Shown in pieces: positions 49,024 to 60,900 of a DNA stretch of 64,000 nucleotides. Source of the DNA: Azolla caroliniana (lineage: Eukaryota; Plantae; Polypodiophyta). The notes beneath the pieces are model-generated. The model worked only from the letters and a program-made list of their open reading frames with translations. It did no database searches and had not been told where the DNA came from. How positions within the stretch are numbered: position 1 is the first letter of the stretch; every line of letters begins with the position of its first letter. The stretch covers positions 2,480,001 through 2,544,000 of the forward strand of contig JBHGNT010000018.1 of assembly GCA_043228905.1 (NCBI GenBank), written 5' to 3'. The position numbers were made by a program, and so were the translations under genes.

Positions 49024-52000
49024 TCATCTACGAGATTTCTTCTTTGTTTTGCTTGAAGATTTGCCACCGCCAGTGGTTGCTTTGATTGTTGGTTCCGCAC
49101 TTGAAGGTTGTCCAGATTTTCCAGCCAAAGGAGGAGCCTTCAAAGACGATGCCGGAGTGGCATTCACTGATGTCACTGGCGATGGGGCGTTTTTGGAGAC
49201 TGATACTGACCCTTGAGCACCGCGCAACTGTGCCCTCTTATCTTTTCTTTTTGGCCGAAAGCTCGATCTCTCCCTCAAAGGAAGCCATCTCTCAGGATCT
49301 GGAGGAGGGCCGGGATTGGCCGGGTCATATCCCTTGGGATATCTTGGCTTCCTCTTACGCCTCCTCTTGTTTTTCTTTGGTCGCCCTTCTTCTCCTCCAT
49401 CTTCGATTGCCCAATGGTGCCGTTTCACACCTAAACCACTACCACCACTACCAATTACCCCTTTCTCTTCCAAAGAAGAAACATCTATAGCCTCTACCCC
49501 GGCCAATGCTGGCAATTGCCGCTCATACTCCTCTGCTTTTACTATATCTGTATGCACCAGACTGCATATAAGCCCTGTTAAGGCCTCCCCTCGTACTCCC
49601 TTAGATGAGCTTTTTGCTAGCTTTTGAAATAGAAGAGACGCCCCTTCCATGTTCTTGTGCTTCAGTTTCAATGCCGCTGCTTCTTTAGCGAATAGCTCCA
49701 GTGTAGTTTCGGTTTTTTCACCCATGTGATTTTCCCACCATTGCACTGCAGCATCGAGTGAAGCTTCAGCTCCATTTAAATCCCCACCTCTTTCCTTTAG
49801 AGCTACCAAAGTTGCCACCATAGCAGGCTTATGTTGAAGATTTGATATTTTCTCCAATGACTGAGCTGCCACTATATGATGACCTGCTTGAGCTGCTATT
49901 TGAGCACGAGCAAGGAGCAACATTGTTTCATCATTAGGATGCTTTTCTAAGTATTGCCCAAGCATTTCTTCGGCTCGAGTTAGCTTTCCTTCTCTCACAA
50001 GTAAAGACGCGCTCAATATAGCTGGAATACAACTATCCGGAAACTTTGCAAAAAGGCTCGGAAGAAGTTCCCTGACCTGGAGAAAATAGAAACTTTAGAG
50101 GGAAGTTGCAGTGAAAGAAAAAAAAATTGTGTTGGAATGTTGTTTGGATTCCTTCTGTTTTTCATGCTTGTGACCCGCAATGCTGTTGTGATACATGCCC
50201 ATCTTTGTACTAATGAGGTTTTATCTTGAATTTATGTTACTATAATGCGGTTAGAATTCTAAAAAGAGCCATAACTCTCAAATTATATCTAAAAATCCAA
50301 CATACGATGTCTGAAATTCTATGCAAACACCTGGTCTAATTTGTTCCCAAGCAGCAGCAATAGGAACCGATTAAAAGCTATTGCTTCCTTTTGTCGGGTA
50401 GAAAGCCTATGTTCCAAACCCTCTGCAAACCGCAGCCCTTCCTCAGATGTCTTCTTGTCAAACAAGCTATCTAGTTTCCTTAAAGAATCCGAAAGCTCTT
50501 TATTCCGCTTCAGCACAACAAGGTTGTTGCAAGCAACAGCCATTGCAGGAGCATCTGCCAGTTTTTGTTTCAAAAGATGATTATAAGCATCAAGAGCCTC
50601 TGTTGTTTGATCTTGAGCCTGAACAAATTTTCATGTCCCTTTTAGGAAGTGTCCAGAAAATGCAAATCACTGGACAATAAAGTCAAAACTACATAAAACT
50701 TCACCTGCTGAACAAAAGCGAGTTGTACAGAAATTGGAGCCAATTCATTCTCCACCTCATCGTTTGTGAAATCTTCTTCAATGAGCATTTCCTGTCCAAT
50801 TCTGTGAAGTCACAAAAGCACTGACAAAACTGAGAAGTATAGTTAACATTCATTGATCATATATGAAGAATATATAGTGCACATCAATCCCACGGCAGGA
50901 CAGTCACAGTTTTGATCAGGGTCACTATATCTATAACTGACATGCACCCTTCTTCAATTCAAACAGTGTATTCCCCTTGAAATGATACATTCCACTGTCT
51001 AGATCATGTGCAAAAAAATGCTTATATATTCCAAAAAACTATAAAATATCCAAGTTTTAATCACTTCCCTGAATTCTTAGATATATAATAGCTCAAATAT
51101 CGCATGTAATTGCTCTTTAAGGAACTGACCAGGGGCATCTCAGAGTTTGTCCCCTATCTTTGTTTAACTAAAGAAATATCTGTAATACTGAAACACTCCT
51201 ACAAATACTCATAAACGACAGTAGGCTGTGCATTAAAAACTGTAAAGTCTACAGGTGCACACTTTACGGCTGATTAAATTCTGTGAAGTATCATAAAAAA
51301 CAGAAAATACCTTCGAGCAAGTAATAGAAGTTCTTCTGCCTTGGCATAGTTATTGCCTTCAATTGATGCACATGCAGCATTATAAGCCAACTCAAATCCG
51401 CTACGAGGAGTGACTTTCAATGTTTGCATGAGCGCCGGAACCTCATTTGACCTTCCCCCAGATATGTAGGAGGCGATCAGATTGGTCTTCAATTCGCTTG
51501 AATCAAGATTAGCTTTTTGAGACAACTTATTATAGCTGTCTATGCATGCATTAAAGTCACCTAATCTATAGAATATCTGAGCTTCAAGCTGAAGAATTTC
51601 ATCATTTCTTTCTAATCCTTCCAAAGCCAGAATAGCTTCTTGTAGAGCATTCTTTTTGTACAAGCAATACGACTGAAGCCATAAACAAAGTTGTTAGCTT
51701 CTGAATATAAACCCTTGTGCCTTAGTGACTGGTATCAAACCAAGCAAGGGCTCCAATCTGCATTTTCTGCATTATCTTAGGTCCGAAGTCCTACCCTATA
51801 TGACTAGTATTTAATATAGCATCAAGAAGCTTTCACAAAGAGTTTTCTATATTTAAATACCTAAACTCTAACCCTGATATATATATATATATATATAACA
51901 TGGCTATTAGTGTCTAATTAAGAAAGCTTCTAAACTGCATATTCTAGTTTTGGATATACCCCAAACACCTACGTCCCTGATTATTATTATTATCTAATAA

Positions 52001-52783
52001 ATCAGATATTCAGGCTCCATTTTCTAGAATTATTTTATTCCTAAACTGTAAATTACAACCTTTCAACCATGAATCTAATCCCAAAGCAATAGAAATTTTG
52101 ATCTCTCTTTCTTAACCTAATCCATATAACTTTTTAAACTTCAAGAACTAATTAATCAGAAATTAAGTCTAATTAAACTTGGGGCTGTTTTGCTACTGCT
52201 ACACAACGACAGGGTCGTGCGCTAATTTTTAAAACCCATCGCTCATCCTGGTTAATATGCAACAGGTTAATCGATGTACCTTTTGGAACCTCAAGGAGAA
52301 TGAATTTGATTCATGAGCCGAATTAATTGCCAAGATTGCATCATCAATTTTGTCATCTTGTATCAAAGATACAATCTTGCATTGTAAAGCATCGACATCA
52401 CCCGGTGAATCAGCAAGAACTTCAAAATACAAACCAAAGAAAATCTAAATTTAAATACAAAACGAAACAGAAAATGGGGGGGGGGGGGGGGGGGGGAAGA
52501 GGACGAAGGTGAAGAAGACACACGTAAGCAAGAATAAGGGCAACTGAAGGGCAAGAACAAATCGAAAAAAGAAAGAAAGGAGCACAGATAGCAAATGAAG
52601 GAGAGACAACAGAAAGGCATTAGAAAGCATACTCTGATCAGCAACTTTGACGATCTGTTTGTATTCACTGGCTTGAACGTGGCGATCTAGAGAGAGGAAG
52701 AGGTCTTCGAGGGAAGGTTTGGGGGGGGAATCGACGGCAGGGGAGGCATGAGATCTGTTACCTTTCTGCTTGTTGGGCGCCAT
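49024..52783 (-). CDS. SRP72: Signal recognition particle subunit SRP72, 6 exons, about 696 aa
   Basis: Exons 52633-52783, 52280-52419, 51311-51672, 50705-50801, 50331-50618 and 49024-50076 total 2091 nt, in frame and GT-AG. TPR-like N-terminus, FELAYNAAC, and the diagnostic RKRKPRYPKGYDP...PDPERWLP RNA-binding motif with a basic C-tail. Confidence 0.95.
52476..52496 (+). repeat. G21 homopolymer in SRP72 intron 1
   Basis: Directly visible. Confidence 0.9.
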
Positions 52784-52855
52784 AGCTACACAAAGTTCTC
52801 ATGAAAAAATAAAAATAAAACAAAAGCTCTGTCGCCTCTCTCTGTTTTTGCTTAT

Positions 52856-52995
52856 GTTTTCTTCTTCTTCTTCTTCTTCTTCTTCTTCAGTTTAACCAAT
52901 GACCAAAAAACAGAGAAGAGTGATGAACCCTATCTATCATCATATGCATGCATGCATGCATGCATGTATGTATGTATGTATGTATGTGTGTACGT
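52856..52995. repeat. (CTT)n, (ATGC)n and (ATGT)n microsatellites upstream of SRP72
   Basis: Directly visible. Confidence 0.9.
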
Positions 52996-53039
52996 AGGAC
53001 ATGTCTATTAGCTACCAAATCATAAATAGGCCTAGAGAG

Positions 53040-53520
53040 GGAATCACGGACACGCACAGTGCAGGTCGCTCAGCTGAGGGCGCGTGCGATCTGCACCGTC
53101 CGATTAGGATAATAATAATAAACGCGCGATATAAAAAGCTATCAGAGGTTGCCCAATTCTGACACCTCGGTTGCCCAACCTATTATCAGGTCTCCCAACC
53201 TACCTAACGTAATGTGGTCACCCAACCTATTTTAATAAGGTCGCCCAACTGATGTGTGGTCACCCAACCAACGTCTAGTCACCCAACCCATTAAGTGTTG
53301 TGGTCGCCTACCAAGCAACTCAGGTCGCCCAACCGAGCATCTCCCCAGCCAAGTTTGGTCACCCAATCGTCCAACCAACATTTGGTCGCCCAATTGCGGG
53401 TGGTCTCCCAACTTATGTGTGGTCGCCCAACCCATTATTTGGTGCGGTCACCCGACCAAGCAACTCAGGTCGCCCAACATCGTGTCTCCCCAACCAAGTT
53501 TGGTCGCCCAACCTAATGTA
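53040..53520. mobile_element. Cluster of GGTC(G/A)CCCAAC motifs; putative sub-terminal region of a DNA transposon
   Basis: More than a dozen same-orientation copies of the motif at irregular spacing, after a GC-rich head. The partner end was not found. Confidence 0.5.
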
Positions 53521-54559
53521 TAAAACCTTGAAACCTGTCATCTTCTCGCATTTTCCAAATGAAATCCTCAAGGTTTTTTGTCGAGAAAGGTTTTCAACCA
53601 GCCAGTATGTTCATACACCACATTTGCCATCGCCACCCATTTACTTCCTAGGTATGTATTTTACTTGTTGCTACTTTTTCTGCAATGTTTTTGGGTGTAA
53701 ATCATATTTTTCATGCCAAGGGTTTAGAAAATGTTTAGGGTTTTGCTTGATTATTGATTATTGTTCATTGATCATTGATTATTGATTATTTCGGGTTTTA
53801 CTTGATATATGATTAATTTTTCTGCTGTAAATCATAGTTTTCATGTCAAGGGTTTAGAATGCTTGATTAAAGATAATATTGGTTGTGCTTCAATATTGAT
53901 TTCAGACAATGTTTGCTTGATTTCTATATGTTTTCTTTTGTTCGAATTAGGGTTTAGCTTTTGCTTGATTTTAGAGTTGGTTGCCAGGTCCAAGTTCAAA
54001 GAGTGCTTGGATTCTGATAATGGTCACATATATCCAATTCAAGGAAGGTATGTCACAAACCAATTTTGATTACTAGTGGTAATGATCTATGATGCATGTA
54101 TGCTAACCGATGATTTGTTAAAGGGTTTTCGTTAGAAGACATTGGAGAAGTTTTGCATCTAACATGGCAGAGGGTGAAGAGAAGTTGGACCAGGCACTGG
54201 TGGTTTCTCGTCCTCGGATTTACCCCATATAGGACATTGCATCATTCAAGGAAGATGCTTCTCCAAATGGTATGTGGATTTGGTCTCATTGTATTATCTC
54301 AATTTTCTTGTAACAAATGATATGGCATATCTAACGCATACTCAAACCACATATTGTGAGTTCCCAAACTCGTTGTATAGGGTTGGAAAAGATGCACACG
54401 AGAACAAGGCAAGTGCATGTATCATGGTTGAGGATGTCTTGCACCTAAATGATGACATTCCAACTCTAGAAGACATTGTCGGACACCTATGAGAAAAAGG
54501 TCACCGCCACAAAGATATATCTGACCCAGTGCCTTTACAACATTCAAACAAAAGAATTT

Positions 54560-56770
54560 GATTCGGACTAGACACATATAAATGAGTACGAAAGAATAAG
54601 TTTCCAAATTTCGGCCCAGGGGATGATGATTGAAGATGAGTTGAAAGCTCTTGTATTGATGAGCAATCTACCCCCTTATTGGGAAACTTTTGTCACTATT
54701 GTGTGCAACACGTTAGGAGTAGCCATGCAATACTTTGAAGCCAAAAGCTCAATTCTAACTGAAGATGTTCAGAGAAAATCATTTGTACACGATTCAGCTA
54801 AAGATGCTTGTGTAGTACAGAGTTCAGTTAACCGATCAAACAACCGGGGAAGAAGTTCTTCCTGGTGACCGATTAATGCTCGAAGCTTGAGCAAGTCCAA
54901 GGATGGCTTGTTACCTGTATGAGATGTACGGGGATGGATAAGGGTGAAAGTCTATAGTTTTGTTGTTGTATATGTGTAAATGTGCACAAGAGTGAGTGTG
55001 AGTGTAACTGAGAGTATATGCGTATTTGTATGAACACATGCACATGTGTGTGCATGTGGATAGAGATGAAAGAGTGTGAGCGAATGGTGTGTGTGGATGG
55101 ATAGAGGGGTATGCACCCCTATGTATCACGTTGATATGTAACCCTCATTGTACTATTTAAACCCACATGGGGCATCTATAAAGAACAAGAAGTCTTCCAC
55201 TATAATCTCTCTCTTTGACGTCTCTCTCTCTTTGTCCCTCACGATCAATCCCCTTGGGAGGGGGGTGGAGCCTAGACCCATAAACATGGCCGAATCTGCC
55301 ATTATTGCAAGAAACCTGGACATATTAAGGCCGACTATTGCGTTCTCAAAGCCAAAAACAATAAGGCTCAAAGATCGGAGCATAAGGACGACCAGTAGGA
55401 GGAGGTCAATTTTGTCGACTTGTCAGCCGAAGTACTAACAGACGACCCAATATATATTGTTTATCGAGAATTCAGTCGAATAAGAAGTTGTGCTTACAAC
55501 TGAAGAGTCTACACCTTGGCTTGTCTATTCGGGGGCGTCATATCATGTAACTCCTCATCCGATCTCAGTTCCGACAATATTCAGCCCGACATTCCAACTC
55601 AATTCGAGTAAGCAAATCGCAACAATGTGCCATCATCGACATCGGCATGGTAGAGCTCAACCTTCCTGGTGGCTCTACCCTTGTACTACACAATGTTTGA
55701 TACATACCTGAGCTCATAAGGCCATTGATTTCAATTAGACAATTGGACAAAGATGGCATTCGTGTTGACTTCTCATCAGGAGGGTGGACACTCCACAAGG
55801 GGAACCTCCTGCTTGCTCGAGGACCGAAGGCACATTCATTGTACTCGATGTATGTTACTTTTAGAGAGGGTGGCTTATTTTTGGTAGAAATTCTCGTGTC
55901 GTCATTATGGCATGGCTGGCTCAGTCACCTCAGCAAAGCCAGCATCACACAACTATCTAGAGCCGACTACATCCCAAACTCTCCTTTTTCGACCACCAAT
56001 TCTGTGAGCATTGCTAGTACTGCAAGCAAGTCGCCACATCACACCCCACAATCGCACTGAGAGAATCAAGTCTACTCGATTTGGTCCATTCGGACGTCTG
56101 TGGTCCGATGCCACATCAGTTTCTCTGTGGCGCCTCCTACTTCATCACAGTCATTAACGACTCAACATGGAAGGTGTGGATGTATCCGACCCGAACCAAG
56201 GATCAAGTGTTCACGATCTTTCTATAATGGGTCGCAATGGTGGAAAATTCATATCACCAGAAATTGGAAATGCTTGCGGTCAAATAATCGCATAAAGTAT
56301 AAATTTGACAAGTTTGTCGAATTTTGCCAACAGCGCGGCATTAGACAAGAATATATGGCACCCCATAGTCATGAGCAGAATGGAATCGTAGATTGGATGA
56401 ATTAGACAATTTAGGAAAGAATTGTTTCCATGATGTCGCGGCGATACCGTTGGCAGGATTACTAAAATTAGTGTTGAGGTTCACAGAAATAATAATTATT
56501 ATTAGGAAGGAAGAACCACAGGTTGTGGCCTTGAGTACTTTGGTGTTCCCCCGATGATCTAGGGAGTTTGAGATTAGTTTGTACACTCTCTGAGATAGTG
56601 ATATTCGGTGCCCAGAAGACCGGGTGGTTTTTCCCGTTTAGGGTTTTCCATGTAAAATTGTTGTCTCTTATTGTATTTTGTTTTCTGTTCTTTGTCGACT
56701 GAATCTTATTCTTGTGTGGCCAGTGACAATCTAAGTGGCCGACCGATTCCAACTCCTAATCATAACACTA
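54560..56770 (+). mobile_element. Degraded Ty1/copia element (gag-PR-IN), truncated, ending in an LTR-like segment
   Basis: LMSNLPPYWETFV, CHYCKKPGHIKADY knuckle, WLVYSGASYHVTP protease, LWHGWLSH, and CLRSNN/QNGIVDWMN integrase motifs. The segment at about 56450-56767 has a U5-like ggtttttccc...ggttttcca motif similar to the intact copia LTR. Confidence 0.85.
54909..55286. mobile_element. Solo LTR (378 bp) nested in the degraded copia gag
   Basis: TGTTA...AAACA termini with flanks TGGCT/TGGCC (4/5 TSD). Removing it restores SKDG-RICHYCKK. Confidence 0.8.
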
Positions 56771-57550
56771 TACAACAACCCACCAATCAGTCAAGAAGGA
56801 ATTGTCATGCTTATTTCAAGCTCCAATAATTGATGAAAGAACCCATAGGTTGGTTTCCCATAGTCACACATCACAATATATTGGGGGTTTCTAGTTCGGG
56901 GTTTAGCAATTTGCAAAGTAACTTTTTGGGAATTCGTTCGTTTTGGTGTGGGTTACTAGACATGCTAGTTTGATGTATGTATCCCATTCGATATCTTTGA
57001 ACTCGAGAGTCTGGTAAACTTAGAGTCCACAATGATTATTCACGATGACGAGTTATCAACAAATCATTGTGTCTAAACAAGCCCAAGCTTATCAACAAAT
57101 CTCTATGTTATTGAGAAGACCATCTAGCAAGAAGCATATCCGAGAGATGTTTCTCATTTACATTCTTGTCTTTCGGAATGAGTGTTTAGTAGGATCAAAA
57201 CCACGGGCAAAAACAAATATTACCCGAAAACCTATCCACAGGGGGGCATGTTGTCCACCGCACTTTACTTTATGCGAAAACTCCATAATTTGGTTTTGCA
57301 TTATTCCCAAGCCACTCGTCCGGAGCAGGTAGGCCACACCATTTGCTCAAGGTTGGTGCTAAGATCGGACAGATAAAGAGCTCTATGGCTCTAGTTGAAA
57401 GAGGTTTCGGATTTTAGTTGCATCTAGCGCATAATTTAGAGAGAACCCCCCCCTTTCATTTCCCATCTTCACAAAGCCATGATCACCGACTGTATACGAT
57501 GAGAAGCCTTCTTCAACACACATGCCAGGAGTAATATCATAGAGTGACAC

Positions 57551-57942
57551 GTTCGGACCGAAAACACGCATGCCAAGTGGCACCATTATCCATGTGCCAC
57601 GTGTTAAAGTCTACGTGACACGTGTCCACCCATGAGCTTGACAAGTGTATGGCGAATGAATACCCAAGGTGGGAGAAATGATCGTGTCTTTTTCCTCTCT
57701 AAGAGAGAGAGAGTGAGAGACAGAGAAAGAAAGAGATGGCATATTCGAACCGAAAAACACGTGTGCCAAGTGGCACCATTAATCATGTGCCACGTGTCCA
57801 AGTCTGCCTGACACGTGTCCACCCATGGGCTTGACAAGTGTATGGTGAGTGAATAGCCAGGGCGGGAGAAATATCGTATGTCTTTTTCCTCTGTCAGAGA
57901 GAGAGAGAGAGAGAGTGAGAGACAGAGAAAGAAAGAGATGGC
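57551..57942 (+). promoter_or_regulatory. Tandemly duplicated (~195-200 bp) promoter/5'UTR unit with five CACGTG G-boxes
   Basis: Two diverged copies, each ending gagacagagaaagaaagagATGGC. CACGTG at 57598, 57619, 57758, 57791 and 57812. Confidence 0.85.
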
Positions 57943-60900
57943 TATGGCAGAGCTCTCTTTATCGTCTCTGCAGCTTTTCTCTCCTCTCCAAAGCTTTTGC
58001 CCATGTCTCCATCATCTAAAGTCTAACCTTCGTGTTCGATCCCTTCCTCGTTCGTTCATCACAGCAGCGGTCTCCATTGAACAAGTAAGTCTCGTTCTCT
58101 TTCTTTCTTTCTTTCTTTCTCTCTCTTTTGGTTGGTCTGGGGTTTTGAATGCAAAAGAAAAACATATGATTCACATCGATCGTGGAGAAATAAAGGTGAA
58201 AAAACAATATCTATTTATATGTTTTGTGGGAGTTGTCCGTTTCTTCATTTACCTGAAATGTTTTTGTTTTTACTAATTCCCAAACCTTGCCGACAATTAT
58301 GTTGTACTATGCATGAACCGAGTTTCTGTTGTGAACTAGTCTCTGGTGAAGTAAATCATCTTCTGTCGCTGGTGAAAAATGCGGACTGGGTGTACTGCAT
58401 GTCTCTCTCATATTGATCTGCCATCATTTACCTGCATATGCACTACGATAGGGAGAGAGTCAGATCCTGAGCTTCAGTGCTATTTCAGTTATGGTGCTCT
58501 CTGGTTGTTTAAATTTCTTTTTTCTCAGTTTCAGTCTGAAAATGTGATTTCCATGATAACTCATTCTGGCAATAATGTGAAAATCGCGGAATCATTAGGG
58601 GTTTTTTTAACCAGTACATGGTTGTCGATTCGTTTTGTTTTTCAATAGTAGCCATGTGATCTGATGTGTTGCACTTTTATAATTTGTTTGTATTGTGTTA
58701 ATGAAGGATGAAACCACAAATGTATCTGTGAAGTCTAGTGTGGAGCTGTTGGCATGTCCCATCTGTTTCAAGCCATTGATACGAAAAGGGCCTTCAGGAA
58801 ATACTCTGTTAGTACATTTTCTAATCTTGAATAATTGATCCTTTCCAGCTTTTAATATTTTTTATAAAACATATGTGACGTATGGGTGCTATGCAGAATA
58901 GGGACAAAATTTTAATCAGGGAGATTTATATGCATACCTCTCTTTAGAAGGGACAGTTATAGGAAGTCCATGAAGTTTAGGAGGTCATATCTGAACAGTT
59001 TTAGAGACATTGGCGGTAGTGATGCTTAGACATGTAAAGAATACTTCCTATGCATGTCTGATTTTGCAATCCAGTTAATCCATAATATTTCAGTAGTGGT
59101 CACTTCAGTAAGAACTCATAACTTTGAAGTTATATTTTTGCAGAATCCAAAAATGATATCTCATTGTATGTGTATGACTACTTTTCAGTCTGTTACATGT
59201 TGTAAATGATGACAAGGACTTGATTAAATCTATTTGTCTGCAAATGGGATTGGCAGAACTGCAATTTCAAGGTCTGGTTTCAAGTGCCCCAGTTGTAGCA
59301 AGGCTTTCTCCAGCAGGGATGTGTACCTTGATCTAACTATCTCAGCTGGAATAAAAGAATATGAAGAAAATTTGCCAGTAGGTACAGAATTATTCAGGCA
59401 CGGCTCCAACTTCACTTTGATATATTCTATTTTTCATAATATGGCATGCAATGAAGATTATGAAAGTTTTTGTTATTATGTCTTTGTGATGCAATTTTAA
59501 CAAAAGAAGCCATTTTATTTGACAATATGTGTGTCTCCTGACATCAGTAACAGAAATGCTGTACCCTATTGGTAAGCTATATTGTTTTAACCTATAGAAA
59601 GGAGTTCACATCCAAACAATTTTGCTAGATGACAGTGGGGAATGTAGGAATTGGACATACACCTTTCTGGTCTCTCTGTATCTTTGTCAGTCTCTTTGTC
59701 TCTCTCATACCCTTTTGCACAAATGGGTAGAGAGAACAGGACATTCATGAATCTAGGCTTGATGAACCTTTACCCATAAAATCAGATACGTGTCTCGCTT
59801 CTAATTCTTGTTCACTAGATCTCATGAATCTAGGCTTGATGAAGACGGGGTAGGATGTATCTAGGAAGCTTGTATCTGTAAGTTTTACTAGGATTTGTGA
59901 TGTCAGATTTCCCTCAATTGTTCTGGAACTCTCAATCTCCCAATCAACATTCTCAACGCATCTGATATACGTGTAATATCTAACCCATATGATCAGGATT
60001 TTATAAAGGCATCCTTTGTAAACAAAAGGAATATGTAAATCTAAACTTAAATTGTGACAACTCAAAGTGATACTGTGTTCTTTAGACAATGGGATCATGT
60101 CTAATCATCCATAGAATGGCACTGTCTGAGGTATATGAAAAACTATTACAGCAAAGGTTTACTTCCAGTCACTTTGCCAAGCAGTCATGATAATTAATAT
60201 ATCCTTTCTAGGAATCCATTTACAAGCCTTTCAGAAAAAAAGAATAGTCTCATGCGTGCTTAAGAAAAATTCATTTTTTGTTTTCTTGGCTCCTATATTT
60301 GGAAACTAATGCATAAAAGGCATTTAGATTGTCACATAGTTCTACTACTGCATGTTGATGTTACGAAATTGATTCCTTACTTTTTGGAATCTCCAGAAGC
60401 CCTTTCGTATCCTTTGTTTATGAAAGAGGTTGGAGACAGAACTTTGCAAGAAGTGGATTTCCAGGTGCTGACGAGGAGGTATACCTTTTATTGTTTTTGA
60501 AAGCATTTTACTTTCTTTGATAACATAATTGGACATCTCAACCAATCATTTTGGTTGGTCATTGATTGCAAAATATGTCTTGAGTAAGCACTTTAATTTC
60601 CTAGGGCGTTTGGCCCAGTTGCTTGATATGAACTCTAATTAAGTTGAAATGATATATGCACTGAATTGCATGAGTTATAAACATGTTTACATACGTGGCA
60701 CATAATTTCTTTGTCAATCTACTGCAAATTCTTGCAAGATTTATTATGAAAAGAATACCCTTTTGTGCAGACAAAGCTAGCTCAAAATTTCCTCCAGCCA
60801 GCAGCTGGTGGAGTGCTACTGGATGTCAGTTGTGGAAGTGGGCTTTTCTCTCGCAGATTTGCCAAGTCAGATTTGTTCTCTACAGTAGTGGCATCTGACT

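Noticed and set aside
53232-53785. Short W/P/Q-rich ORFs as genes
   Set aside because: They are translations of the GGTCGCCCAAC motif array.
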